Below, one piece after another: positions 24,653 to 32,000 of a DNA stretch of 32,000 bases. The DNA comes from Candidatus Methylomirabilis limnetica (lineage in GTDB: Bacteria; Methylomirabilota; Methylomirabilia; Methylomirabilales; Methylomirabilaceae), in contig NZ_NVQC01000026.1 in the NCBI RefSeq assembly GCF_003044035.1, forward strand, positions 1 through 32,000, read 5' to 3'. The notes below the pieces were generated by a model that searched no databases, was not told where the DNA came from, and was given only the letters and a program-made list of their open reading frames with translations. The position numbers were made by a program, and so were the translations under genes. Positions within the stretch are counted from its first letter, which is position 1. Each line of letters begins with the position of its first letter.

Positions 24653-26038
24653 ATGGAAGGATATAGCGCAAAAGTTCTGATCGTCGACGATGATGCATCG
24701 GCCAGGAAGATTCTCCAGAGCCGGTTGCGAGCGATGAACGTGCAGGTTCTTGTCGCGTCCAGCGGCTCTGAGGCCCTGGATCAAATCCGGCGAGAGACAC
24801 CCGCGATTGTCCTGCTTGATCTGCAGATGCCGCAGATGTCAGGGATCGACGTCCTCAGATCATTGAAACGCGAAGGGTTGGAAACGACGGTGATCGTTGT
24901 AACCGCGCACGCAACCATCGAAGCCGCAGTAGAGGCCATGAAAGAGGGCGCCTACGACTTTATCACCAAACCGGTCGATGTAAAGCATCTGGAGATCGTC
25001 CTGGGTAAGGCATTCGAGCGGGAGGCCCTACGAGCACAAAGTCGCTTTTTGCAGACAGAAATGGAGGGCCGCCTCGTCCAGGTCGTCACGGAAAACCCAG
25101 CTATAAATACTCTGCTGCAGCTTGCCCGCCGCGCCGCCAGCAGTAGTTCAACCATCCTGGTCCTTGGCGAGAGCGGGACAGGGAAAGAGGTCCTGGCCAG
25201 AAGCATTCACCGGTGGAGTCCTCGGGCCAACTATCCATTCACTGTCGTCAATTGCGTGGCCATCCCGGACCAGTTACTGGAAAGTGAGCTCTTCGGCCAC
25301 GAAAGAGGAGCCTTCACGGGCGCCCATCAGCTTAAAAGAGGGAAGTTCGAGATTGCGGATCGCGGCACGGTATTTCTCGACGAAATCGTAGAGGTCCCGG
25401 CAAGCATCCAAACGAAACTGCTCCGAGTTCTGCAAGACCATGAGTTTGAACGGGTTGGGGGAACGCGTACGATCAGGACCGACATTCGTGTTATCGCCGC
25501 TACCAATGGCGACCTCGAACGAGCTATGCGGGAGGGCAGCTTTCGTGAAGATCTCTATTATCGACTGAACGTCGTCAGCCTGAAGCTACCGCCGCTGAGA
25601 GAACGGAAGGAGGATATCCCGGTTTTGATCGAGTACTTCCTGCGAAAGTATGCGGGCGAGTTGAAGAAGCCTGTGAAGCTACTTGCCCCAGGCACGCTTG
25701 ACGACTTGACCGCGTATCACTGGCCGGGAAACGTCCGCGAGCTGGAGAACGTCATCGAACGGGCCATGGTTTTGAGTACGGGGGAGCAGATCGGCCCAGA
25801 GGACCTCCCCCCTCAGGTGACCGCAGGCCCACGCCGCGACACATTTAGAGGAAAGGAGTTCCACGAGGCCGTCAAAGAGTTCAAGCGGTGGGCGATTCAG
25901 GATGCCCTCAAGCGTTCGCATGGCAATCAGACGAAGGCGGCAGAGATCCTTGGACTCCAGCGCACATACCTGGCCAAGCTTATCCGGCTGCTTGAGATCA
26001 AGGTGGTCCCGAGCCTCACCGAGAAAGATCGCTCTTGA
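24653..26038 (+). CDS. sigma-54-dependent response regulator (NtrC family: REC-AAA+-Fis HTH)
   Basis: 461 aa with GGAGGA upstream. REC domain (LIVDDD...LLDLQMP); Walker A (GESGTGKE); the GAFTGA loop that contacts sigma-54 (ERGAFTGA); Walker B (TVFLDEI); and a C-terminal HTH (GNQTKAAEILGLQRTYLAKLIR). Confidence 0.95.
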   Translation: MEGYSAKVLIVDDDASARKILQSRLRAMNVQVLVASSGSEALDQIRRETPAIVLLDLQMPQMSGIDVLRSLKREGLETTVIVVTAHATIEAAVEAMKEGAYDFITKPVDVKHLEIVLGKAFEREALRAQSRFLQTEMEGRLVQVVTENPAINTLLQLARRAASSSSTILVLGESGTGKEVLARSIHRWSPRANYPFTVVNCVAIPDQLLESELFGHERGAFTGAHQLKRGKFEIADRGTVFLDEIVEVPASIQTKLLRVLQDHEFERVGGTRTIRTDIRVIAATNGDLERAMREGSFREDLYYRLNVVSLKLPPLRERKEDIPVLIEYFLRKYAGELKKPVKLLAPGTLDDLTAYHWPGNVRELENVIERAMVLSTGEQIGPEDLPPQVTAGPRRDTFRGKEFHEAVKEFKRWAIQDALKRSHGNQTKAAEILGLQRTYLAKLIRLLEIKVVPSLTEKDRS

Positions 26039-26227
26039 CGCAGCCAAAAAGTTACGTTCCGCGTACCTCTTTTGATTCTACGTTGTATTCGATTGGGTAC
26101 TATCTACTGATGCCTCTCTGGAGCCTGTCGGATTTCACCTTCTCACCAGATCCCACATTAGGCAAATAAATCAATAAGATAGCGCCTCATTATTTTTCAC
26201 AACAGATTCAGCCGCCGAGATATGATG

Positions 26228-26243
26228 TGGCACGCTTGTTGCT
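26228..26243 (+). promoter_or_regulatory. sigma-54 (-24/-12) promoter
   Basis: TGGCAC-GCTTG-TTGCT is an exact match to the TGGCAC-N5-TTGCW consensus. It lies 190 nt downstream of the sigma-54 activator gene, on the same strand. Confidence 0.65.
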
Positions 26244-26382
26244 TAAATGATCATGGTATCACCGTTGATTCAATGGTCGTTAGTAGCGGTTGCTGCGATG
26301 TGCAAACTGAGATAAATGCGTCGTCGCAGGGTCGTTCAACTGGCGACCGATTCCCGAACATGTACGTCGCGTCCATTGGGCT

Positions 26383-26426
26383 AAAGAGGAGAGCCTCACC
26401 GATTCCCCCCGGGGGGCTCTCCTCTT
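26383..26426. terminator. strong hairpin (12-bp stem) without a U-tract; possible 3' end of the sigma-54 transcript or of a minus-strand micro-ORF
   Basis: AAGAGGAGAGCC (26383-26394) pairs with GGCTCTCCTCTT (26415-26426). The loop contains CCCCCCGGGG. Confidence 0.3.
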
Positions 26427-26790
26427 ACCCTATCCCACCCCAACCGTCTTCTGGTTTTTCCCCTTTAATTGGTTCAGCCATCTCGATGTACTCCCTCTGC
26501 TGACCTAACAGCGAGAAGACACCATCTAAGGAAGATCCCTATTTTTTGCTTAGCTGGCAACAGCCGGATTTTTTAAAGTTTTTGCGTACTAATCGGTCGG
26601 CTTTGGAATCTGTCAATACCTGTGAGACACCTGACATCCGAATTTGGTTTAGCACCTCATCGCTCCTGGAGACCGGCCTTGGTTTATTATACGTATTGCA
26701 AGAAGTGCGGTTTTGCGGTCCGTCACGTGACGGCACGGAACCCGCAACTCATCACGAAGAAAGATGCTCGCCTTCATTTTGTTGAGGGTA

Positions 26791-26950
26791 GATACCCCGC
26801 GGCTTGCCGCGAGTTCGTCATACCGGCGGAAACCGGTATCCAGAGGGCCAGAATGGATTCCCCCGTATCAAGTACGGGGCAGGCGTGTCAAGCACGGAAT
26901 GACGGTCCAGAACAGAAGACGATACCCCGCGGCCTGCCTCGGGGTAGTTA
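26791..26950. repeat. REP/MITE-like multi-hairpin element bounded by an 18-nt direct repeat
   Basis: GATACCCCGCGGCTTGCC (26791-26808) and GATACCCCGCGGCCTGCC (26921-26938) match 17/18. Between them are the hairpins ATACCGG-cggaaa-CCGGTAT (26820-26839) and CCCCGTA-tcaag-TACGGGG (26861-26879). Spurious translations (VIPAETGIQ, ...ARNDG) resemble the widespread VIPAKAGIQ / RGNDG repeat-derived pseudo-proteins. Confidence 0.55.
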
Positions 26951-27021
26951 ATTGCCAGGAGCTGGTCTGTTTCCCCAACGAGAACTGCTCGAAACTTGCC
27001 TCCTGTATTGTCCCCCACCTG

Positions 27022-27030
27022 TGGTATACT
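27022..27030 (+). promoter_or_regulatory. extended -10 promoter candidate for nadA
   Basis: TGgTATACT (TGn + TATACT) lies 40 nt upstream of the nadA ATG. There is no well-spaced -35 element. Confidence 0.35.
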
Positions 27031-27069
27031 CCCATACGAGACGAAACATCGCAGTCACGGAGCCAAGAG

Positions 27070-28032
27070 ATGAAAGTCGGCGGTCTTATTGAAGAAACTG
27101 AGGTGAGTGCCCTGCTTGATCTCGAAGGAGAGATCGAGCGACTGAAAGAAGATTTACATGCAGTTGTGCTCGCGCATTACTACCAGGACTCTGAGGTTCA
27201 GGATGTCGCCGATTTCGTCGGCGATAGCCTGCAACTCTCCCAACAAGTGGCAAAAACAAGCGCCGAGGTCATTGTCTTTGCCGGCGTCCACTTTATGGCG
27301 GAAACGGCAAAAATCTTGAACCCCTCTAAGCAGGTATTGCTTCCCGACTTAGGGGCCGGTTGCTCGCTGGCGGAAGGGTGCCCGGCGCCTCTCTTCAGCC
27401 GCTTCCGGCAAACATATCCGGACCACATCGTCATCAGCTACATCAATTGCACTGCTGAGATCAAGGCGATGAGTGATATCATCTGCACCTCTAGCAACGC
27501 AGAAAAGATCATCAACCAGATCCCGAAGGAGCAGCCGATTCTTTTTGCGCCCGATCAAAACCTAGGGCGCTATCTTATCAAGAAGACCGGTCGTAATCTG
27601 ACGCTGTGGCCTGGCACCTGTGTGGTGCACGAGATGTTTTCTGAAAAGAAACTCGTGCTGCTTATGCTGCACCATCCTCATGCCAAGGTACTCGCGCATC
27701 CTGAATGCGAGGCGGGCGTGCTTCAGCATGCCGACTACATCGGCTCAACGAGCGGAATCCTGAATTACGTGAAGCAGAGCGAGGCTGCCGAATTCATCAT
27801 CGCGACCGAGCCCGGCATCATTCACCAGATGGAGAAGGCCTGTCCGCACAAGACATTTATTCCAGCTCCTCCAGATGGGGATTGTGCCTGTAACCAGTGC
27901 CCCCATATGCGACTCAACAGCCTGGAGAAGCTCTACCTGTGCATGAAACACCGTGCGCCAGAAATTACACTGGATGAAGAGCTGCGACTTCTTGCATTAC
28001 GGCCAATCCAGCGTATGCTGGACATGAGTTAG
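27070..28032 (+). CDS. nadA: quinolinate synthase
   Basis: ORF track 26764..28032. ATG 27070 is preferred (GGAG 7 nt upstream), because the upstream 102 codons are repeat-derived. Motifs: [45 protein letters not shown] and CPHM. Confidence 0.95.
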   Translation: MKVGGLIEETEVSALLDLEGEIERLKEDLHAVVLAHYYQDSEVQDVADFVGDSLQLSQQVAKTSAEVIVFAGVHFMAETAKILNPSKQVLLPDLGAGCSLAEGCPAPLFSRFRQTYPDHIVISYINCTAEIKAMSDIICTSSNAEKIINQIPKEQPILFAPDQNLGRYLIKKTGRNLTLWPGTCVVHEMFSEKKLVLLMLHHPHAKVLAHPECEAGVLQHADYIGSTSGILNYVKQSEAAEFIIATEPGIIHQMEKACPHKTFIPAPPDGDCACNQCPHMRLNSLEKLYLCMKHRAPEITLDEELRLLALRPIQRMLDMS

Positions 28033-28050
28033 GACTCTCTCCTTACTCCC

Positions 28051-28914
28051 ATGCCCCTCTCCCTCCTTCAGACCAGTCGCCGAGAAGCCCTCAAGAGGTT
28101 CCTTAAGGAAGATATCGGACAAGGTGATGTGACAACCCTCGCGATCGTACCGCCCGATCAACAGGCGATCGGCCATTTTGTGGCCAAGGCGCCTCTCGTG
28201 CTGGCGGGGATCGATCTGGCTATCGAAGCCCTCACCCTTTTAGATAAAGGCTTAGCCGTTAAGAGCCGCCATCGTGATGGTGATGATCTGTGCGAAGGCG
28301 ATCTGGCAGCATCCGTTCGTGGTCAGGCCAGGGCTCTGCTGACCGGCGAGCGTGTGGCCACAAATCTGCTCCAGCGACTCTGCGGAATTGCTACGCTGAC
28401 AAGACGATTCGTTGAGGCTGTCTGCGGAACGCAGGCAAAAATTCTCGACACACGAAAAACTACGCCAGGGCTACGGGTGTTTGAGAAGTACGCGGTTACC
28501 GTCGGCGGCGGGATCAACCACCGCTTTGGGCTTGACGATGCGGTCCTGGTCAAAGATAACCACATCAGGCTGGCGGGCGGTATCTGTACGGCTATTGAAG
28601 CAGCACGGCTGCATGCGAGCCGTTCGCACCGATTTGAGGTCGAGGTCACCACGCTCACAGAGTTACAGGAGGCCCTCCAGTACGATCTCGACGCCGTTCT
28701 CCTTGATAACATGAACCCGGACATGGTTCGAGAGGCGGTGACGTGCGTGCGCGATCACGAGAGCGGCAGCAAGATCGTGGTCGAAGCGTCAGGCGGAATG
28801 ACCCTCGACAATGTTCGAGCATTTGCGGAGGCCGGTGTCGATTGGATCTCCATCGGAGCATTGACGCATGCTGCCCCAGCCGTTGACATGAGCTTCAAAA
28901 TTCACCCCGTATAA
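28051..28914 (+). CDS. nadC: nicotinate-nucleotide pyrophosphorylase (carboxylating)
   Basis: 287 aa with DTRKTTPGLR, EKYAV..GGG.NHRFGL.D..L.KDNH, and LDNM...VEASGG. Confidence 0.95.
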   Translation: MPLSLLQTSRREALKRFLKEDIGQGDVTTLAIVPPDQQAIGHFVAKAPLVLAGIDLAIEALTLLDKGLAVKSRHRDGDDLCEGDLAASVRGQARALLTGERVATNLLQRLCGIATLTRRFVEAVCGTQAKILDTRKTTPGLRVFEKYAVTVGGGINHRFGLDDAVLVKDNHIRLAGGICTAIEAARLHASRSHRFEVEVTTLTELQEALQYDLDAVLLDNMNPDMVREAVTCVRDHESGSKIVVEASGGMTLDNVRAFAEAGVDWISIGALTHAAPAVDMSFKIHPV

Positions 28915-28921
28915 GCCAGCC

Positions 28922-30475
28922 GTGAAAACTGATATTCTGATAATAGGCAGTGGCCTCGCAGGATGTGCCGCGGCGCTGGCGGCGGCCAAGCAGGGTGCTG
29001 AGGTCACGCTGCTCACAAGATCGCCTCACCCGGAGGAGAGCAGTACCTTCTGGGCTCAAGGGGGGATCATCTATCAGGGAGTGGACGACTCCCCTCAAAA
29101 GCTGGTGGCTGACATTGTTGCCGCTGGCGCAGGTCTGAGTTCGCCAGAGGCAGCGTCGCTGGTCAGTCGTGAGGGCCCTAGGCTGGTAAAGGACATCCTC
29201 ATCGATGAGCTTGGGGTTCCGTTCGACGAATCCTCTAAAGATTCAACCCGATGGGATCTGACTGCCGAGGCCGCACATTCACTCCCACGTATCCTGCATC
29301 AGAAAGATCGAACCGGATCGGCAATCCAGCGCGCGTTCATCGAAAAGATGGCCTCGTATCCGAGGGTGAAGTTACTCTGCGGAGCCACCGCAGTCGATCT
29401 GCTTACGATTTCTCATCATTCGGTCGAACCGCTTGATGTCTATAAACCTCCGACGTGCATTGGGGCGTATGTACTGGACCAAGCGAGCGGCGAGATCTTT
29501 CCCATCCTCGCGAAGGAGACGATCCTGGCGACGGGAGGGCTGGGTCGTGTCTTTCTGCATACCACCAATCCTGCCGGCACCCGCGGCGATGGCATTGCGA
29601 TGGCCTACCGGGCCGGCGCCCGTTGTATCAATATGCAGTACGTCCAGTTCCACCCCACAACGTTCTTCCATCCCAGCGGCCGATTCCTCATCTCTGAAGC
29701 GATGCGGGGGGAAGGGGCCCGTCTAGTGGACGGTAAGGGCCGGGAATTCATGAACGATTATCACCCCGATGGATCACTGGCCCCTAGGGATGTTGTCGCA
29801 CGCGGGATTCACCAGATGATGTTGGAATCAGGCGAGCCGTGCGCACATCTCGACATCTCCCACAAACCGGCCGATCAGGTCCGCGAGCGGTTTCCAGGGA
29901 TTTATGCGCACTGCCTGAAGTGCGGAATTGATATGACCAAAGAATCCATCCCCGTCGTCCCGGCCGCGCACTACAGTTGCGGCGGCGTGGCTGTTGATGA
30001 GTGGGGACGATCAAATCTGCATCGTCTTCGCGCCGTTGGTGAGGTCGCCTGTTCGGGGCTACATGGTGCCAATCGCCTGGCCAGCACGTCCTTGTTGGAA
30101 TGCCTGGTGTGGGGAACCCGGGCAGGCGAACAGACCGCAGCGTTCATCGCACGGGGTGAGGAGTATTATTTTCCCCAGATTGCGCCCTGGCGGTATGAGC
30201 GTGAACCGGTTGATCCGGCGCTGATCGCACAGGACTGGCTCAGCATCCAACAGACCATGTGGAATTACGTGGGCCTCGTTCGCAGCGAAAAACGGCTGAA
30301 CCGAGCCCACGAGATCCTGCGAGAGCTCCACCTTGAAATCTTGAGGTTCTACGAAAAGGCCGAGGTGACGGACGCAATGGTTGGCCTTCGTAACGGCATT
30401 CAGACCGCGCTGGCCATCCTGCTGGCTGCCATGGAATGCCGCCAAAGCCTGGGCTGCCACTATCGCATCGATTGA
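28922..30475 (+). CDS. nadB: L-aspartate oxidase
   Basis: 517 aa with a GTG start. FAD motif ILIIGSGLAGCAAAL, then AQGGI, FHPT, HYSCGGV and GANRLASTSLLE. Confidence 0.95.
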   Translation: MKTDILIIGSGLAGCAAALAAAKQGAEVTLLTRSPHPEESSTFWAQGGIIYQGVDDSPQKLVADIVAAGAGLSSPEAASLVSREGPRLVKDILIDELGVPFDESSKDSTRWDLTAEAAHSLPRILHQKDRTGSAIQRAFIEKMASYPRVKLLCGATAVDLLTISHHSVEPLDVYKPPTCIGAYVLDQASGEIFPILAKETILATGGLGRVFLHTTNPAGTRGDGIAMAYRAGARCINMQYVQFHPTTFFHPSGRFLISEAMRGEGARLVDGKGREFMNDYHPDGSLAPRDVVARGIHQMMLESGEPCAHLDISHKPADQVRERFPGIYAHCLKCGIDMTKESIPVVPAAHYSCGGVAVDEWGRSNLHRLRAVGEVACSGLHGANRLASTSLLECLVWGTRAGEQTAAFIARGEEYYFPQIAPWRYEREPVDPALIAQDWLSIQQTMWNYVGLVRSEKRLNRAHEILRELHLEILRFYEKAEVTDAMVGLRNGIQTALAILLAAMECRQSLGCHYRID

Positions 30476-30499
30476 GAAGAGTCTGAAGGAGCGCGCTGA

Positions 30500-31531
30500 A
30501 TGAAAGCGGTTCGATTCCACGAGCACGGAGGGCCGGAGGTCCTGAGGTACGAAGATGCCCCCGATCCCACCATTGCCCCGCATGAGGTGCTGGTGAAGGT
30601 GAAGGCCTGCGCCTTAAATCACCTGGATCTCTGGTGCCGAAAAGGGATGCTCGGGATCACGATCCCCCTGCCCCACATCTGCGGTTCCGACATCGCCGGT
30701 GAGGTGGCGGCGGTGGGGAGCATCGTGACCCGTATTACGCCAGGTCAACGGGTAGTAGTATCACCAGGGGTAAGCTGTGGCCAGTGCGTTCACTGCCTGT
30801 CCGGCCACGATAATCTCTGCCACTCCTACCAAATTATCGGCGGCTACCGGATAGACGGTGGATACGCGGAGTACGTGAAGGTCCCGGAGGTCAACATCCT
30901 GCTCATGCCGGAAGGTATGTCCTTCGAAGCTGCGGCGGCGTTCCCGCTCACGTTTCTCACCGCCTGGAACATGCTGGTGAATCTCGCGCATGTGAAAAGG
31001 GGTGATGAGGTGCTGGTGATGGGGGCTGGGAGTGGGGTTGGAAGCGCCGCTATCCAGATTGCCAAGCTGCTCGGCGCTCACGTTATCGCTGCTGCCGGCG
31101 GCGACGAGAAGCTTGATAAGGCCAGGGCGCTTGGCGCGGATGACGGGATCAACTATGCCGGCCAGGATCTGGTCGCCGAGGTGCGGCGCCTCACGGCAAA
31201 GCGAGGAGCGGACGTGATCTTCGAGCATGTGGGGGGCGCTGTGTTCGAGAAGCTGATTCCAGTCCTGGCCACCGGGGGCCGCCTGGTGACCTGCGGCGCG
31301 ACAGCCGGCCACCTGGCTCAGACCGATATCCGGTACCTCTTCATGCGGCAGGCGTCGATCATGGGCGGCTTCATGGGACCGAAGGCCGACCTGCTGCAGA
31401 TCGTGCGGGAGATAGAGCGCGGAACGCTTAAGCCGGTAGTGGATCGCGTATTCCCGCTCAAAGACGCCTCAGAGGCGCAACGCGCGATGGAGGATCGCAA
31501 GCTGTTCGGTAAGCTGGTCCTGGTAGTGTAG
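30500..31531 (+). CDS. zinc-type MDR oxidoreductase (alcohol dehydrogenase / quinone oxidoreductase family)
   Basis: 343 aa with AAGGAG upstream. Motifs: ALNHLDLW, PHICGSDIAGEV, the structural-zinc Cys cluster CGQCVHCLSGHDNLC, and the NAD(P) site GAGSGVGSAAIQ. Confidence 0.9.
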   Translation: MKAVRFHEHGGPEVLRYEDAPDPTIAPHEVLVKVKACALNHLDLWCRKGMLGITIPLPHICGSDIAGEVAAVGSIVTRITPGQRVVVSPGVSCGQCVHCLSGHDNLCHSYQIIGGYRIDGGYAEYVKVPEVNILLMPEGMSFEAAAAFPLTFLTAWNMLVNLAHVKRGDEVLVMGAGSGVGSAAIQIAKLLGAHVIAAAGGDEKLDKARALGADDGINYAGQDLVAEVRRLTAKRGADVIFEHVGGAVFEKLIPVLATGGRLVTCGATAGHLAQTDIRYLFMRQASIMGGFMGPKADLLQIVREIERGTLKPVVDRVFPLKDASEAQRAMEDRKLFGKLVLVV

Positions 31532-31581
31532 TCAAGAGACAGACCGGTAGATGGGTGGAGCGTGAGGTCAGGAGGAGTACC

Positions 31582-32000
31582 ATGACGCTGAACATCGCGC
31601 ATCGGGGGGCTGCGGCGCTTGCGCCCGAGAATACGATGGCGGCCTTTGCAATGGCGGTCGAGTTGGGGGCCGATGCCATCGAGTTGGACCTTCACGTAAG
31701 CCGCGATGGCGAGCTGGTCGTCATTCACGATAACACGCTCGATCGGACCACCGATGGTGAGGGACCGGTTCATGCGCGTAGCCTGCAGGAGCTCAAGCAA
31801 CTGGATGCCGGTCGATGGTTTGGCGAGAGCTTTGCCGGTCAGCGTATCCCGACCCTCGATGAGGTCCTGGATCGTTTCTCCGGAAAGGTCCCGCTCGCGC
31901 TTGAGATCAAGGCAGGGTCAGCCTTTTTTCGCGGCATTGAGGAGCGGGTGGTAGCGGTCCTGCGTGAGCATCGGGTCGTCTCACGGGTCGCTGTCGCGTC
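31582..32000 (+). CDS. glycerophosphodiester phosphodiesterase family protein (3' end outside the window)
   Basis: It is absent from the ORF track because it lacks a stop. GGAGGAG lies upstream of ATG 31582. The product MTLNIAHRGAAALAPENTMAAFAMAVELGADAIELDLHVSRDGELVVIHDNTLDRTT carries the GDPD signature HRG...ENT...E.D......HD..L.R. Confidence 0.85.
   Translation, partial: MTLNIAHRGAAALAPENTMAAFAMAVELGADAIELDLHVSRDGELVVIHDNTLDRTTDGEGPVHARSLQELKQLDAGRWFGESFAGQRIPTLDEVLDRFSGKVPLALEIKAGSAFFRGIEERVVAVLREHRVVSRVAVA

Noticed and set aside
26150-26155. Alternative transposon left end at ...GATCCCACA (26155), which would make the methyltransferase-to-NtrC genes cargo
   Set aside because: Only the first 5 nt and a few scattered positions match the right-end candidate, and the 5-bp flanks do not match. 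The putative cargo also shares the lower GC of the nad genes rather than that of the tns genes. It is not excluded.
26764-27069. 102-codon N-terminal extension of nadA, and the overlapping ORF 26622..26951
   Set aside because: They are translations of the REP-like hairpin element. The NadA homology begins at the ATG at 27070, which has its own SD.
1-32000. CRISPR arrays, rRNA and tRNA genes
   Set aside because: No regularly spaced direct repeats of 25-40 nt were seen. The GGTTCGA-like T-loop strings I checked (for example 30516-30530 and 7905-7915) lack complementary T-stems or sit inside coding sequence.

Overview
The window splits into two compositionally different halves. The left ~18 kb is visibly GC-richer (spot counts of single 60-nt lines gave ~63%, versus ~53-57% on the right) and is a mosaic of mobile and defence DNA. 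It holds: (1) a partial IS, with a DUF6788-like orfA and a transposase frame running off the left edge; (2) a four-gene minus-strand Type I R-M operon, hsdR-hsdM-hsdS plus a PD-(D/E)xK/DUF4268 gene; (3) a decayed integron-integrase-like pseudogene; (4) a stand-alone UG/Abi-like reverse transcriptase, preceded by a 450-nt spacer with no convincing ORF and an XRE-HTH/unknown-domain gene; (5) a Tn7-like transposition module with a natural TnsA-TnsB fusion, a TnsC/TniB ATPase and a long TniQ/TnsD-like selector carrying five tandem HTH-like repeats. The right ~14 kb looks chromosomal: a SAM methyltransferase, a YbjQ-like protein, an outer-membrane beta-barrel, an ABC-type substrate-binding protein, a HAMP-GAF histidine kinase, a receiver and a sigma-54 activator. 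These are followed by a ~1-kb non-coding region with a perfect orphan sigma-54 promoter and REP-like hairpins, then nadA-nadC-nadB, an MDR oxidoreductase and a partial GDPD gene. I saw no CRISPR array, rRNA or tRNA. The best candidate for something undescribed is the RT + spacer + HTH-gene module at 8.8-11.8 kb. The fused-TnsAB transposon and the orphan sigma-54 promoter (possible sRNA) come next. All family assignments rest on motif recognition by eye; nothing was searched.
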